Assembly (NCBI GenBank): GCA_036867785.1
Contig: CP145409.1
Coordinates: 1 to 64,000 of the forward strand
Length of the DNA: 64,000 nucleotides
Direction: 5' to 3'
DNA from: Plasmodiophora brassicae
Lineage: Eukaryota
The notes beneath the pieces are model-generated. The model was given only the letters and a program-made list of their open reading frames with translations, was not told the DNA's origin and did not search any database. Shown here in pieces: positions 34,747-45,925 of the stretch. The first letter of the stretch is position 1. Each line of letters opens with the position of its first letter. The position numbers and the translations under genes are program-made.

Positions 34747-34954
34747 TTAAGTTAAGTTAAGTTAAGTTTATTTGTGTTTCGCGCTTTTAACGCAGGCGCC
34801 TCGTTCTCGGATCCGAGGACCGTAGGGAGGCTCGCAGAACGCTCACTTTCCCCGACCTGGCAGAGCCGGTCTGTCACCTCTGTTCTGGGGTCTTGCAGGG
34901 TGGCGGCTCCGGGGCGAGTCTAAGGGCTCATCGAGTCCTCCAAGGTTCGTAGGT
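34747..34954 (-). mobile_element. 208-bp retroposed insertion (5'-truncated LINE or SINE) with a (TAACT)n tail and 15-bp TSD
   Basis: Flanked by identical GTCGAAAACATGAAG at 34732-34746 and 34955-34969. On the minus strand it ends AATAAACTTAACTTAACTTAACTTAA. Confidence 0.85.
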
Positions 34955-35097
34955 GTCGAAAACATGAAGACAGCGGCGTCGACGCTGATCGGGGGCACGC
35001 AGAACGAACATGACCGTCGCAGTGGCGTGTCGACCGGCGGCGCGTATGGTGATCTGTGCGCACCTGGGTTCTGGCGGGGGTGACCGCAATCGGCCGA

Positions 35098-35982
35098 ATG
35101 CCAGTGCCGCCGTGCGACGTCGACGGGGCAGTGCCTCCCATGCCTGACGATGGCGTCACCACCAGGCTGTGCGTCGTCTGCGGGACGGCCACCGCCGGGT
35201 GCTCCCGGGCGTGCTACCGGTGCGGGACCTTCGCCTGCCTGACGTGCGCGAAATCGCACTGGCACTGGACGTCGGTGCGCGGTCCCGCACCCGTCCAGCA
35301 CTTTTGCCCGTCGTGTGCACCGCCAACGCGCTCGACAGGCACCGACCCGGACGACGACGACACGTCCCGATGGGCGTCGCTCCTGCATCGCATGGAGGAT
35401 CGCGCCCTCGAAGATCTGCATCACGGGTCACCAGCCGTCAGCGAGGCCCTGTTCACGTTGCTCGCCGACGCCGTCGACGATGACGACGGCGCCGGCGCCC
35501 GTGCCACCCTGGTCGACCTGCGCAACAGGGCGGCAGCGGATGCCGAACGGAAGGCAGTTGCCGATCGGGAGGAGGCGGTGCAGGGCGCCATCGAGGTCGC
35601 CGTCTGCGCCGTCGTCGACGACGTGCTCCGCCAGGCGGATGCGGCGTTCGACGACGGCAGGTACGACGTCGCACAGGGCCTGTACGAGTTCGTCCTGCAG
35701 CGTCGGGCGACGGACGCGCGGGCCTGCGAGCGCGTCACGCACGCCAAGGTCGCCGTCATGCACGCCCGCGACCTGGTCGACGACGCCGACCTGCACGATC
35801 GCCTGCGTGCGACCGCGCGCATCGTCAAGGTCCAGGGCGACCGTGCCCTGAACAACAACCAGGTCGACGCCGCCCGGACGCTGTACGAGGCCGCCCTGAC
35901 CATGGACCCGAACGATACCGACCTGCACCAAGCGCTGCGACTGGCCAAACAGCACACGCGGGGCCCCACGCCCGCCCTATGA
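35098..35982 (+). CDS. FYVE-like zinc finger plus TPR protein
   Basis: CVVC..CYRCGTFACLTC..FCPSC; C-terminal TPR-like helices (GDRALNNNQVDAARTLYEAALTMDPND). Start uncertain. Confidence 0.7.
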   Translation: MPVPPCDVDGAVPPMPDDGVTTRLCVVCGTATAGCSRACYRCGTFACLTCAKSHWHWTSVRGPAPVQHFCPSCAPPTRSTGTDPDDDDTSRWASLLHRMEDRALEDLHHGSPAVSEALFTLLADAVDDDDGAGARATLVDLRNRAAADAERKAVADREEAVQGAIEVAVCAVVDDVLRQADAAFDDGRYDVAQGLYEFVLQRRATDARACERVTHAKVAVMHARDLVDDADLHDRLRATARIVKVQGDRALNNNQVDAARTLYEAALTMDPNDTDLHQALRLAKQHTRGPTPAL

Positions 35983-36143
35983 ACACACACACACAACCCG
36001 ACGAATGCATTTGTACGTTGCGCAAGCTCGGCCGGATGTGGTGGTACCCGGGACGGTTCCCGTGCCCAGCACACGGAACGTCAGGAATCTGGTCAGGCGT
36101 CGATCGCGGCTGTCGGTGAATATCTATCCCGCCGCGCGTCGGT

Positions 36144-37928
36144 ATGGCGAGCGATGCCGACACTGGCAACGTCGGCGGTGGCCGTCCTGCTGCTGCTGCT
36201 GCTGCTGCAGAGCAGGCGGCGGCGGCGGCGGCGCCGATGTCGTCGCTGCTGGGCGCCGTTCGTCACCCGCAGCATGGGCAAGGTAAACCCTGGATGGGAT
36301 TGCAGTCGGGCGACTGGGTCGTCTACCGCCCCAGCCGGCACCCGCCGTCCCTGCGCCTGCTGCGCGTCTCGTACGCCACGTCGATGATTGAGTGGGATTC
36401 GCTCGATTCGTCCGCCCTGTCGCGAATGTTCCGGTCGCGGGCGCGCGAACCCATCAAGGCGCTGGTACGCGCCGAGCCCGGCACCCGTCGCCAGGTCGTC
36501 ATGCGGCAGTTCAGCCCCCGGAACCTCACCGACGCCGACGGCGCCGACGAGTCGTTCTCGCTCGTGTTCGCCCCGCTGGAGCGGTACGTGACGTTCGTGG
36601 CGCGCACCGTCGACGAACGCGACAAGTGGGTGCGTTCGTTCAACGAGCTCGCCGTGGGCATCTTCAACGTGCAGCACGTCGCGCACGTGTCGCCCCTGTT
36701 CCAGTGGTCGACGTCGGGCAACGCCGAGCAGGAGTTCGAGGTCGGCGACCTGATTGGCGCGGGGTCGTACGCCGAGGTCTACCGGGGCAGGCATCGCCCC
36801 ACCCAGTTCCCGGTCGCCATCAAGATTGTGCACCAGGCATCGACGCCGAAGGCCCGAGGCGCCGGTCGCCCGCACCTCGGGAACACGCCCGTCGCGGGAA
36901 GCTTCCGCGTCGCTGGCGACGAGCTGGCGCCGCAGGCCGGGTCCCCGATGGCACTGCCGCCCAGGTCCAAGTCCCTGCAGGACCAGCAGATGTCGTCCGC
37001 GCTCAGCATTGACGCGGAGGAACGCCTGCTCCTCAAGTGCCGGCACGCGAACGTCGTCACGTACTTTGGGTCGCTGCACGACTCGCAGGGCAGGTCGGCG
37101 GGCGTCTGCGCGCTGACATCGTTTGCGCTGACAACCTGCGGGGGCAGGCTGTGGATGCTAACGGAGCTGTGCGAGGCGGGCAGCATACTGGACGTGCTGA
37201 TGCGGACGCCGGTGCGTCTGACGGAGAAGCAGATCGCGACGATCCTGCGGGCGACGCTGTCCGGCCTCGAGTACCTGCACAAGAGCGCCGTTGTCCACTG
37301 CGACGTCAAGTGCAGCAACGTCCTGATGAACGGCAGCGCCCAGGTGAAACTCGCCGACTTTGGCGTGTCCAAGCAGATCGACGCGGAGACGATCGGCAGG
37401 AAGAAGGGCGTCGGGACGCTGCTGTGGATGGCGCCCGAAGTGATGAACGGCGCCCGAAACAGTACGGCCAGCGATATCTGGAGCCTGGGCATCACGACGC
37501 TGGAGCTGGCCAACGACGGCAAGGCGCCGTTCTGCGACGATTCGCTGCCGGACGCGCTGGCCAAGCTACGATCAGGGACGGTGCCGACGTTGGCGAACGA
37601 CACGTGGTCGCCAGCGTTTCACGATTTCGTGCGGACCTGCCTGGCAACGAACCCGAAGCTGAGGCCGAACGCGTCGCAGCTGCTGCAGCACCCGTTCCTG
37701 TCGCAGCGGAACGCCTGCGCGCCGCTGAACGACCTCATTGCCGACATGTTCAAGCGGGAGCTGCACGAGCAGATCAAGCTGGTCGACGACCAGGTGTCCG
37801 TCCGGGAGAACCTCGACAGGTTCGGGAACGGCGGCGTCATCAGGAAGAGCGCGCATCGGCCCAGGCCGGCGCTGAACACGAACGTGTTCGGCGACGATCC
37901 AGGCCCGCCCCAGGAGGAGCACTTCTAG
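36144..37928 (+). CDS. PH-like domain plus STE20-family Ser/Thr kinase (probable in-frame intron 37094-37147)
   Basis: IGAGSYAEV, VAIK, HCDVKCSN, DFG, GTLLWMAPE, DIWSLG; N-terminal FSLVF..TFVA..ERDKWV PH-like signature. Confidence 0.92.
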   Translation: MASDADTGNVGGGRPAAAAAAAEQAAAAAAPMSSLLGAVRHPQHGQGKPWMGLQSGDWVVYRPSRHPPSLRLLRVSYATSMIEWDSLDSSALSRMFRSRAREPIKALVRAEPGTRRQVVMRQFSPRNLTDADGADESFSLVFAPLERYVTFVARTVDERDKWVRSFNELAVGIFNVQHVAHVSPLFQWSTSGNAEQEFEVGDLIGAGSYAEVYRGRHRPTQFPVAIKIVHQASTPKARGAGRPHLGNTPVAGSFRVAGDELAPQAGSPMALPPRSKSLQDQQMSSALSIDAEERLLLKCRHANVVTYFGSLHDSQGRSAGVCALTSFALTTCGGRLWMLTELCEAGSILDVLMRTPVRLTEKQIATILRATLSGLEYLHKSAVVHCDVKCSNVLMNGSAQVKLADFGVSKQIDAETIGRKKGVGTLLWMAPEVMNGARNSTASDIWSLGITTLELANDGKAPFCDDSLPDALAKLRSGTVPTLANDTWSPAFHDFVRTCLATNPKLRPNASQLLQHPFLSQRNACAPLNDLIADMFKRELHEQIKLVDDQVSVRENLDRFGNGGVIRKSAHRPRPALNTNVFGDDPGPPQEEHF

Positions 37929-38003
37929 CGTAGCACCTCAGCATCTACTATATACGGTATATCATCATACAGAGCAATAGGCAGGGGGTGGGGCGCGCCG
38001 TCG

Positions 38004-38843
38004 TTAAGGGTTGCCGTCCTCGGGCGGTGGCGGATCCACGAACCAGGTCGACATGGACGCCACGAAGCGTTTCGTGCTGTTGGCCCAATCGGGGACGATC
38101 GTGGACACACGCTTGGCGTACAGCTCCTGTGGCAGCGTTGTCAGGTTCTCGATCACTGCCAGCGCAGGGGCATCCCTACGTACCCAGAACAGGGGCTGCG
38201 TCATCGTCCGGGCCCGTCCCACCATCCGGTGGATGACGGCGGCCTGTGCGCCCAGATGCCTCTGGACACGGTCTGTGGCCTTCTCCAGCAGGGTCCTGTC
38301 ATCAGGCAGTGGTGCATCTGGAGGAGTCGCGGCCGGCCGAGGCACAGCTGGAAGGCGTCTGGGCATGACCACGGCAGCTGGGTCCACCTGTTTCTCGTGG
38401 GGTCGTATGATGCCCGACAGTTGTGGCCCTGGTGGCCCGTGACCCTGCTGCGGCTGCTGCTGCCCCTGCTGCTGCTGCTGCTGCTCCCTGAGTTGCTGAA
38501 TCGCTTTGATACGCGCGTATTCGGCCATCTTTCGCCTGACGAACAGGATGCGAAGGCCCGGGCCACAGTGCGGCACATTGGACTTCGGGTCGCCTTTCCT
38601 GCTGATGCCCAGGCACCACATTTCGTCGAGGACGTCGCCAGCGACCGACACGCCCTTGTCGTAATCGGATCGGAGCGTCTCGGCCATGTCTTTGGAGATG
38701 TGGACCGTGCGTTTCAGGCCGAAGCAACGGGGCGCGCGTCCCTCCTTCAAGTACGAATGGTGGAAGTAGGTCACGCCGATACAGGACGTGCATGGCGACG
38801 ACCCGGATCCCGAGCGCGGCTGCCGCGTCTCGTTGGCCGCCAT
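38004..38843 (-). CDS. Hypothetical protein with a Cys-rich N-terminal domain
   Basis: Open frame from MAANETRQ; SCIGVTYF..PRCFG..WCLG..PHCGPGL; poly-Q tract. Confidence 0.65.
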   Translation of the reverse strand: MAANETRQPRSGSGSSPCTSCIGVTYFHHSYLKEGRAPRCFGLKRTVHISKDMAETLRSDYDKGVSVAGDVLDEMWCLGISRKGDPKSNVPHCGPGLRILFVRRKMAEYARIKAIQQLREQQQQQQGQQQPQQGHGPPGPQLSGIIRPHEKQVDPAAVVMPRRLPAVPRPAATPPDAPLPDDRTLLEKATDRVQRHLGAQAAVIHRMVGRARTMTQPLFWVRRDAPALAVIENLTTLPQELYAKRVSTIVPDWANSTKRFVASMSTWFVDPPPPEDGNP

Positions 38844-39105
38844 GAAGCGACGCCTGTGGGGAGGGCGACGTTGACGACCTGTCGTTGGGACACTGACGGG
38901 CTGTCTATCTATCACTGGCGCACGATGCCGTTCGAGAACGTCTGTGCCCGTCCTGGTGCTTCGCGTCATACATCTGTCGGCTGCCGCTGGGCACCCTTCC
39001 GTCTGGATCCATGAACGTTGTGCAGCGCCCGTGACAGTGCTCGTTGATCAGAAATACGCTCATGTGTTCATTAAACATTGGAAACGCTTTGACGTCGTGG
39101 AAGCC

Positions 39106-40119
39106 TCAGTTGTACCCACCGTACGGCGGCGGGTGGTACGTTGCCGGGGGCGATGGGGTGTCCTCATCGCAGGGTGGTGGGGGTGGAGGCGTTGGCGTGT
39201 CGCAGGGCGGCGTTGGCGTGTGATGCGAAGTAGGGACAGGCGGTTTCTGGCTTGGCGGCAGGTATGTTGGTGGGGGAGGAGGAGGCGACGTCTTGGCCGG
39301 TGGGGGCGTGCTGTACGCTGGAGGAGAGGTCGGCGTCTGGGTGGTCGGTGCCGGCGTCGGCGCTTGGTAAGTGGGCGCGGGAGGCTTGCTGCTGGGCGGC
39401 AGGTACGTCGGAGGAGGCGGCGGCTTGGTGGTCGGTGCCGGCGTCGGCGCTTGGTAAGTGGGCGCGGGAGGCTTGCTGCTGGGCGGCAGGTACGTCGGGG
39501 TAGGCGGTGCCTTGGTGGTTGGTGCCGGCGTCGGCGCTTGGTAAGTGGGCGCGGGAGGCTTGTTGCTGGGCGGCAGGTACGTTGAAGGGGGAGGTGGCGG
39601 CGACGAGGTCGGCGGAGTGTACGTTGTGGGCGTAGGGGGAGGTGGTGGCGGCGAAATGGTCGGCGGACTGTACGTCGTGGGAGGTGGCGACGTATAATCA
39701 GGTGGGGTGGACGATGGTGGTAGGTAGGTGGGCGGTGGAGGCGGTGCGTACGTCTGCGGTGGCGGCGTGCCGGCCGAGTAACTGCTACCGTGATTGTTCT
39801 TGTTGGGCACGACGACGCCGAACACGACACCGAGCACGATGGCAAGCACAACCAGGAAGATACCACCACCGATCACAAGATGCTTGTTCCTTTTACACGC
39901 GGCAACGCACCTGCCAGCGAAGGTCGTTGGCGGTACCGGAGCAACAGCGGTCCCTGATTCGCAGGCAACGGGCGTGGACGCCGCATGATACGCATGTTCA
40001 GCCGGCAGGGCGCATTCGCGTCCACGTTCGATGTCGTCGCGGGTCCCCGATACGGTGCCAAGCGTGATGACGGCGATGATGACGACGGCAGCGATGCCGG
40101 CGCCCTTCAACATCATCAT
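39106..40119 (-). CDS. Extensin-like Pro/Tyr-rich membrane-anchored protein
   Basis: N-terminal hydrophobic segment, second TM (LVIGGGIFLVVLAIVLGVVFGVVV), SPPPP and PTY motifs. Confidence 0.8.
   Translation of the reverse strand: MMMLKGAGIAAVVIIAVITLGTVSGTRDDIERGRECALPAEHAYHAASTPVACESGTAVAPVPPTTFAGRCVAACKRNKHLVIGGGIFLVVLAIVLGVVFGVVVPNKNNHGSSYSAGTPPPQTYAPPPPPTYLPPSSTPPDYTSPPPTTYSPPTISPPPPPPTPTTYTPPTSSPPPPPSTYLPPSNKPPAPTYQAPTPAPTTKAPPTPTYLPPSSKPPAPTYQAPTPAPTTKPPPPPTYLPPSSKPPAPTYQAPTPAPTTQTPTSPPAYSTPPPAKTSPPPPPPTYLPPSQKPPVPTSHHTPTPPCDTPTPPPPPPCDEDTPSPPATYHPPPYGGYN
39341..39583 (-). repeat. About three copies of an 87-bp (29-aa) coding tandem repeat
   Basis: Unit starts at 39341, 39428 and 39515 (PTYLPPSSKPPAPTYQAPTPAPTTKPPPP). 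Confidence 0.9.
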
Positions 40120-40860
40120 GTTGGGGACTGCCCGACGATATGACTATGATGGCCTTAACGGGGACGTTTTACGAACGACTTGCGGGTGACCGTCGGGGCA
40201 TCCGGGAAAATCGACGGTGCAGGACTCGACCGGCGTCCAAATTTGGGCGACTGGCCCGGCATGCCAAACGCGCGGCGGCGTTGTCGCGCGCCATGCCGCG
40301 ATCCGCATTTGGCGCCGCGGCGTGGCGACTTGCCGGTTTGGGGGCGGAGGGCCTTCAGGCACAAGTCGCGTATCGCGCGGGTGGGTGTGCCGCCGGCATC
40401 CACTGTCAGGGCTTGGTTTTCGTTGCCCCGCACTAACGTCGACCGGCGTCCATTTCGTGCGGGGATAATCTCGCACGACCTGGCTCGCGACATCAGCCAG
40501 GCTCAGAGTGGGCAACGTCTTGTCGATCGTGCTCACCGCAAATGGGCCGCTTAGGCGACGTTCCCAACACTTGATCAGCCTGAACCGTCCTGGCTCCTGA
40601 TGCGGACGTCAGGTGCCGCAACGAATCGACAACGAGGGCCAGGCGAATGACTTTGCGCACGCCGGTCTACGCAGATGCTGAAAGGAGCCTGGGAACGATT
40701 CTCAGCTGCCCGAACGCGTCAACGGGCGGACGGAGCGCACCGAATTCGCGACTTGCCGTCGCGCGGTGGATTGCGCAGTAAATTCGGGGGGCGGAACGCT
40801 TTGAGGGCGATCGGAGCACGGCGCCCACCTATTACCAACGCGGCAACCGCCCCGCGTTGC

Positions 40861-41532
40861 ATGGCGTCGGTATTGCCGATGTCGACGTCGGCCAAGGTCG
40901 ACGCAGGTCAGCGTGCCGGCATGTGGGATCGCCTGGCGAGTGCGGCGCATTCGGCGAAGGAGGCGGCCCTCGCTGTGCTGCGCCAGGAGATCACGCCCGA
41001 GACGCTGACGGCGAGCGTCGCGCTAGGGTTCATGATCGGCGTCTGCCCTCTGGTCGGGTACGCTGCTCCGCTGCGGTGCTCCACCTTTGCCCGTCGCCGC
41101 TCATGGTTCCTTGCGATCCAGGGTGACGTTCGTCATCGTGGCCATCGTCGGCATCGTGTTCCGCCGATTGAACATGGCGGCCATGCAACTGGTCAATGCA
41201 GTCACGACGCCGGTCGAGCTCGCCATGCTGGTCCCGTACCTGCGACTCGGCGAGTATCTGCTCGGGTCGGACATGCCGCTCGCGCTGTCGCCCGCCGTCA
41301 TCACTGAAAGCCTCCGGGAGAGCCTGCTCGGGACGCTGACGAAATATTCGCATGGTACGTGCTGTGCTGGCGGCTCCTGCAACGAACGCACGTCCATTTG
41401 TCGACGACAGGGTTGATGATTGCCACGTGCGCTTGGCTGGTGACGCTGCCGGTCGCCGCAGGCATCCTGTACGTCGTCCTCCTCCCGCCCATCAGATGGC
41501 TGCACCAGCGCCACACCAAACGCCAAGTCTGA
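40861..41532 (+). CDS. DUF2062-like membrane protein (multi-exon)
   Basis: LRQEITPETLTASVALGFMIGVCPL|GVT..RLNMAAMQLVNAVTTPVELAMLVPYLRLGE. Confidence 0.7.
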
Positions 41533-41622
41533 ACGATAAAGCGGGTTTCGCTGTTGGGGAAGGTTCCGGCGCACGCCAGCTAGCGGATTCGTTCCGGTTT
41601 GATATTATCCCCGGGGGCGGTC

Positions 41623-43472
41623 ATGCAGGTGTACCCACCGTATTCCATGCCGACGGTGAAGCCGCTGGGCGACCATTTGCATCCGGTGGCACACCGCAGC
41701 AGCAGTCGACGACGCGTGTCGTTCCGTCACCCGCCGCCGCACGCGTTACGACAGGCGTTCGCTCGTGGCAGCAGCCCTCGACCCGCCAACCCGGCACATC
41801 TGCCCTCGTTAACGCTGACGTCGTCGACCCATCGCGGTTCGCATCCGGTGACGGATACGACGGCCCTGGCCGCCTGGGACGCCCCGCACTGGGCCCTGCA
41901 GACCGTTCGACGGATCTTCAGCATGGCGTCGTGCGCGCCCGGCAGGTCCTTCCGCCTGTTTCGGAACACGGCCGACCGGACCGCCCTGACGAACGCCCGC
42001 ATCCTGGACGTCCTCGAGATGTAAGATCAGGGCGCACGTCACGGTGCTGGTCTGACCGTTGCCAGGCCATGGACGCAACGAGAATCCATCGACGTGGACG
42101 TCGTCGATCGGTGGCTCGAACGGGAAGCGCTGGAGCCGTGGTCGTCGCTGTCGCCGCTGGATCGCTGGATTGCCGCCCAGTCGGTGGAGTCGGCGGCGGT
42201 GGCCAACGGCGAGATCGTCCAGCCGCAGCAGGTCGCCGCCGACTCGGCGTCGGCCGCCCCCGAGATCATCGTCTGCGTCGTCCAGGGTCGCATCCGTGTG
42301 GCGTGGGCGACCAACATCCATGGCGACGATTACACGGACCTGGGCCTAGCCGACACCCTGGTTACCAATGAGCCCATGGCCATTGTCGGCCTGGAACAGT
42401 CGACCTTCATCTGGCTGCCTCGATCGACGGGGCAGGAAGTCACCGAGGCGTACCGGATCGCCCAGCTGGAGGCGTGGCGACCCGTGATCGACGTCCTCCT
42501 GTGGCAGCGGTCGACGTGGACCCCGGAGCTGGTGCTGGCCCTCGTCGACCACGCCGAAGGCCCATATGTCACGCCGGCGCTCGGCTACGTCTACAGGCAG
42601 GGCGACCCGACCGCCTCGCGCATGGTCATCATTGCTGCCGGGTCGGCGGTCGAATTCGAAACGGACGACGAGTCCAAGTTGCACCTGGCCGTATACGAGG
42701 TGCGATCCAGGGGCAGGGGTATACATGGCATGGGTTGCTGACGTTGGCTGGGTGGCAGGCAGGGCAGTTTGCCGGCCTGGAAGTGTGCTCGACGGGAAAG
42801 CATCGCCGGACATGGCTTCAGGCAGCGAAAGCGGATGTGCAGTGGTACGCGCTGGACGCTGGCGTCATCAGGAGCGAGCATCCGGCGATCTGGGACATCC
42901 TGGTGGATGTCGACGAAGGGCGGCGCCTGGGTACGGTGCGTCGAGAGCGACAGCATCGTCGGTGCCGGCGGGCGATGGCGCTTCTGGAAGGCAACCAACG
43001 GGTGCGGGACGGGGCAGCCGACCGGGAGCGTCAGGAGCAACGGACACAACGGCTAATGAAGATGCTGCCCAAGCTGGCCTCGCAGGGTGACGATAGGAGG
43101 CGCTCGACGCTGGCGGCGATCAACATCGATATCTTCAGAAGCCATCGGGACAGTACGCGTCGCGTACCGAATTTCCTGCACAAGCTATCGTCAACGCCCA
43201 GGAGGGCCGACGAGTTCCGACATGGCATCGACGCAGCGTTGAACGGCAGCGCCGACAACGACAACGACATGGACGAATCGGACGGTCTAGCGTCCGCCGC
43301 GTCTGCGCCTGCTGCCGCACAAGCCCGTCGTCGTGCGCCCAGTTTGCCTAAACGGGAACGCAGGCGAACAGCAGCGGAACGGCTGAGCATCGTCGTACCA
43401 TCGGGTGTCGCCCAGCTATCCGCGCAGGGGTCCCGCCTGAACGTCAAGATTTTCGGCAAGGACGTTGCCTAG
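41623..43472 (+). CDS. Divergent cyclic-nucleotide-binding-domain-like protein (multi-exon)
   Basis: YVYRQGDPTASRMVIIAAGSA..|AGQFAGLE; introns near 42021-42066 and 42700-42762. Start uncertain. Confidence 0.55.
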
Positions 43473-43930
43473 CGAGGCGTGCACGGTCGCCTGCCGTGCT
43501 GACTGCTGTGGAGCCCGCCCCGCGGGTTGATGCCCGACGGTCATTGGGACTCCCCGCTGCCACACTCATGATGTACATTTGTACGCCGACGCCTCGACGC
43601 TCTCTGTCTCTAGGTGGGCACATAGCGATAGGCCGTCCTGTGAGGGCACACCCCGTTCGACAACGCGGCGAGTAGCAAGTGGCCTGCCGATGTCACGCCG
43701 TCGGACAGTATCGGTTGCCGGCACGGCCTGGCCGGTAGCGGGATGCGGTGACAAGCTGGTGGCGAGCCCCGACGAGCAGACACTTGCAGGAGACGGCGCT
43801 CTGCAGGGCGTGGCCGTTCCACCTGGGGCCGATTGTGGTCCACATTGGGTGCGGGCGGCCAGCAGGCGACGCGGGTCGTCGGGCGCGAGAAGTGCGCTGG
43901 ACTCACAGGCGGCCGGCGGCGGCGGTGGTC

Positions 43931-44721
43931 ATGTCGCTTCTGGTCAGCCTGGTCGGCGCCGTCCCTCAGGTCAATGTCGACCGCCTGAACGACCACCTGT
44001 CGACGATCAGTCGTTCCGGGTCGCCGATGGCCGTCCATGAATGCGTGTTCGACAGAATGGGTACGTCCCGTGGATCGCAGCGGCAGGCTGCCGCGCGCGC
44101 GCGCGCTGCTGATAACGCTGGTCGGCGTTCAGGTTCCGCTGGCGTTGCATCGCGCAAGTCGTCAGAGGCTCGCGCCCGTCGGGACCTGCACGGCGGTGAT
44201 TCCTGGGTGCTGCGCATCCTCGGCCACGTCATCGAACCCGGCAAGCGACGCGCCGTCATCCGATCGGCCACCGACGTGGCCGTGTCCGACAACTTCGAAT
44301 CGCTGCTGGCCGCCCTGGACTATACGCGCGCGTACCAGGTCGTCCTGCGCGGTATGCAATACGATATCCGGCCATCCATCAGCGTCCGCGTCTTCCAGCT
44401 CCTCAAAGTCGGCCGTCTGCCGCGTCCGCCAGCAACGAAGACGTGTGCTGATGTGACGCGTTTGGCTGATGTAGGTCGTCGGGCCAGATGGGGGAACGGA
44501 TCAGTTGGAGCCCGTCGGTGACGGCACACGTTGGATCGTCGAGCTGGCCGCCCTGACGACGGCGCTGGATGGCGACCTGAGTGCTGTCGAGGCCACCCTC
44601 GTGCAGATCTCCGTCTCCCTGAATCAGTACGTGTCCGTCCGCCATGCCTCTCGTGCAGTAACTGAACGAGCATTCGCACGTCGGCAGGATTGCATGTGTA
44701 CAGTTCCCGTCGACATCATGA
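43931..44721 (+). CDS. MED18: Mediator subunit 18-like
   Basis: SLVGAV..RLNDHLSTI..VHECVF; WVLRILG; LLAALDYTRAYQVVLRGMQY; WIVEL. Confidence 0.75.
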
Positions 44722-44741
44722 TTAGTACAATGTGTGTTGCC

Positions 44742-45568
44742 CTAGTCTTCGTTCGGGTTGTATTCCTCTTTGACAATCCCCTTTCGGACGACGCGAATCT
44801 CGGTGGCATCGTCGCCCTTCAACGCGTCCTTCACGACGGAGGCTTCGACACGGATCTGCACCTGGACATTGTCGGGGCACGTTCGTCAACCTGAAATGTT
44901 TCCGCATTCGCCGTCCCTGGCATCGTACCATGTCGAGCGCGCCCCGGATGACCCCACAGAGCAGGTCGCACATGTTCAGGCCGGCGTACGCATCAGGGAG
45001 TTCGACGAATTCCGTCAGCGGGTTGCCTTTGCCGGGGAGGACCAGCGTGAACGACGACCCATCCGCCGACCAATTCTGAACGCCCGCCGACACTACGTAC
45101 GCACGGCGAGCGATTAGGCATAGACTGGGATGACGAGCGGTCTGTCGGCCGCGCTAACCGCCAAGGAACATCTTGAATGCGACACGCCCGATCAGGTCGG
45201 CCGTGTCCTTCAGCGATTTGCAGGTCCCAATGCCGGTCTGCACGAGGAAATCGTCGACAATGCGCTGGCCAATATTGAACCCGCTGCACGGCGGTTAGCA
45301 AGGCATTCGGTACGGGCAGACAAGACACGAGCAGACACACATTCGATCGAGAATGCGGTTGACTTCGACGACGTCGTCGCGCTCGTCCTGGAGGAGCTGG
45401 ACGACGAAAGCGCCATAGGTGAGGGAAAAGAGTTCAGCGGTCTAACAGCATGCCCGGAGCGGATCAGTGCCCGGACGCCTGCAAGTGACAAACAGCGAGA
45501 CGTACGACTGATTCAGCCTTGTTGAGCAGGGCCTCTCCCAACCGCAACTGCTCCGATTCCGTCGACAT
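44742..45568 (-). CDS. BET3: TRAPP complex subunit BET3 (TRAPPC3), multi-exon
   Basis: AELFSLTYGAFVVQLL, FNIGQRIVDDFL, AFKMFLG, NPLTEFVELP, LLCGVIRGALDM, DALKGDDATEIRV. Confidence 0.93.
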
Positions 45569-45841
45569 CACCACCGAGGGGACTGGGCGCGAATCCGACC
45601 ACCACCACCCGGACTGCGCCGACTCGAATCTGGAATCGGAGACGGACCGATGAGCGGCCAATTGGAGCGATGGATGCCGCGAAGACCGCACACGTGCCGA
45701 AACGACCCTTGTGTATTACAGGTTGGGTTGCCGTGAGACTATACGATGACATCGATGCAGGCAGCCAATGATTCTATATCTGACAGGCTCAGGGAGGGCA
45801 ACAACATCGGATGACGGGGCAAAACAAAAACGATGATCTGC

Positions 45842-45925
45842 TCCTCCCGCCCGGAGTCGAACCAGGGACCGCCCGATGACAGGTAATACTACAGTCAGGC
45901 GCTCTGCCAACTGAGCTACAGGAGG
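45842..45925 (-). tRNA. tRNA-Tyr(GTA) with a ~11-nt intron
   Basis: CCTCCTGTAGCTCAGTTGGCAGAGCGCCTGACTGTAG-intron-ATCGGGCGGTCCCTGGTTCGACTCCGGGCGGGAGGA; A and B boxes; downstream T-run. Confidence 0.93.

Noticed and set aside
39341-39583. Regularly spaced repeats as a CRISPR array
   Set aside because: In-frame coding tandem repeats without unique spacers, in a eukaryotic context with no cas genes.
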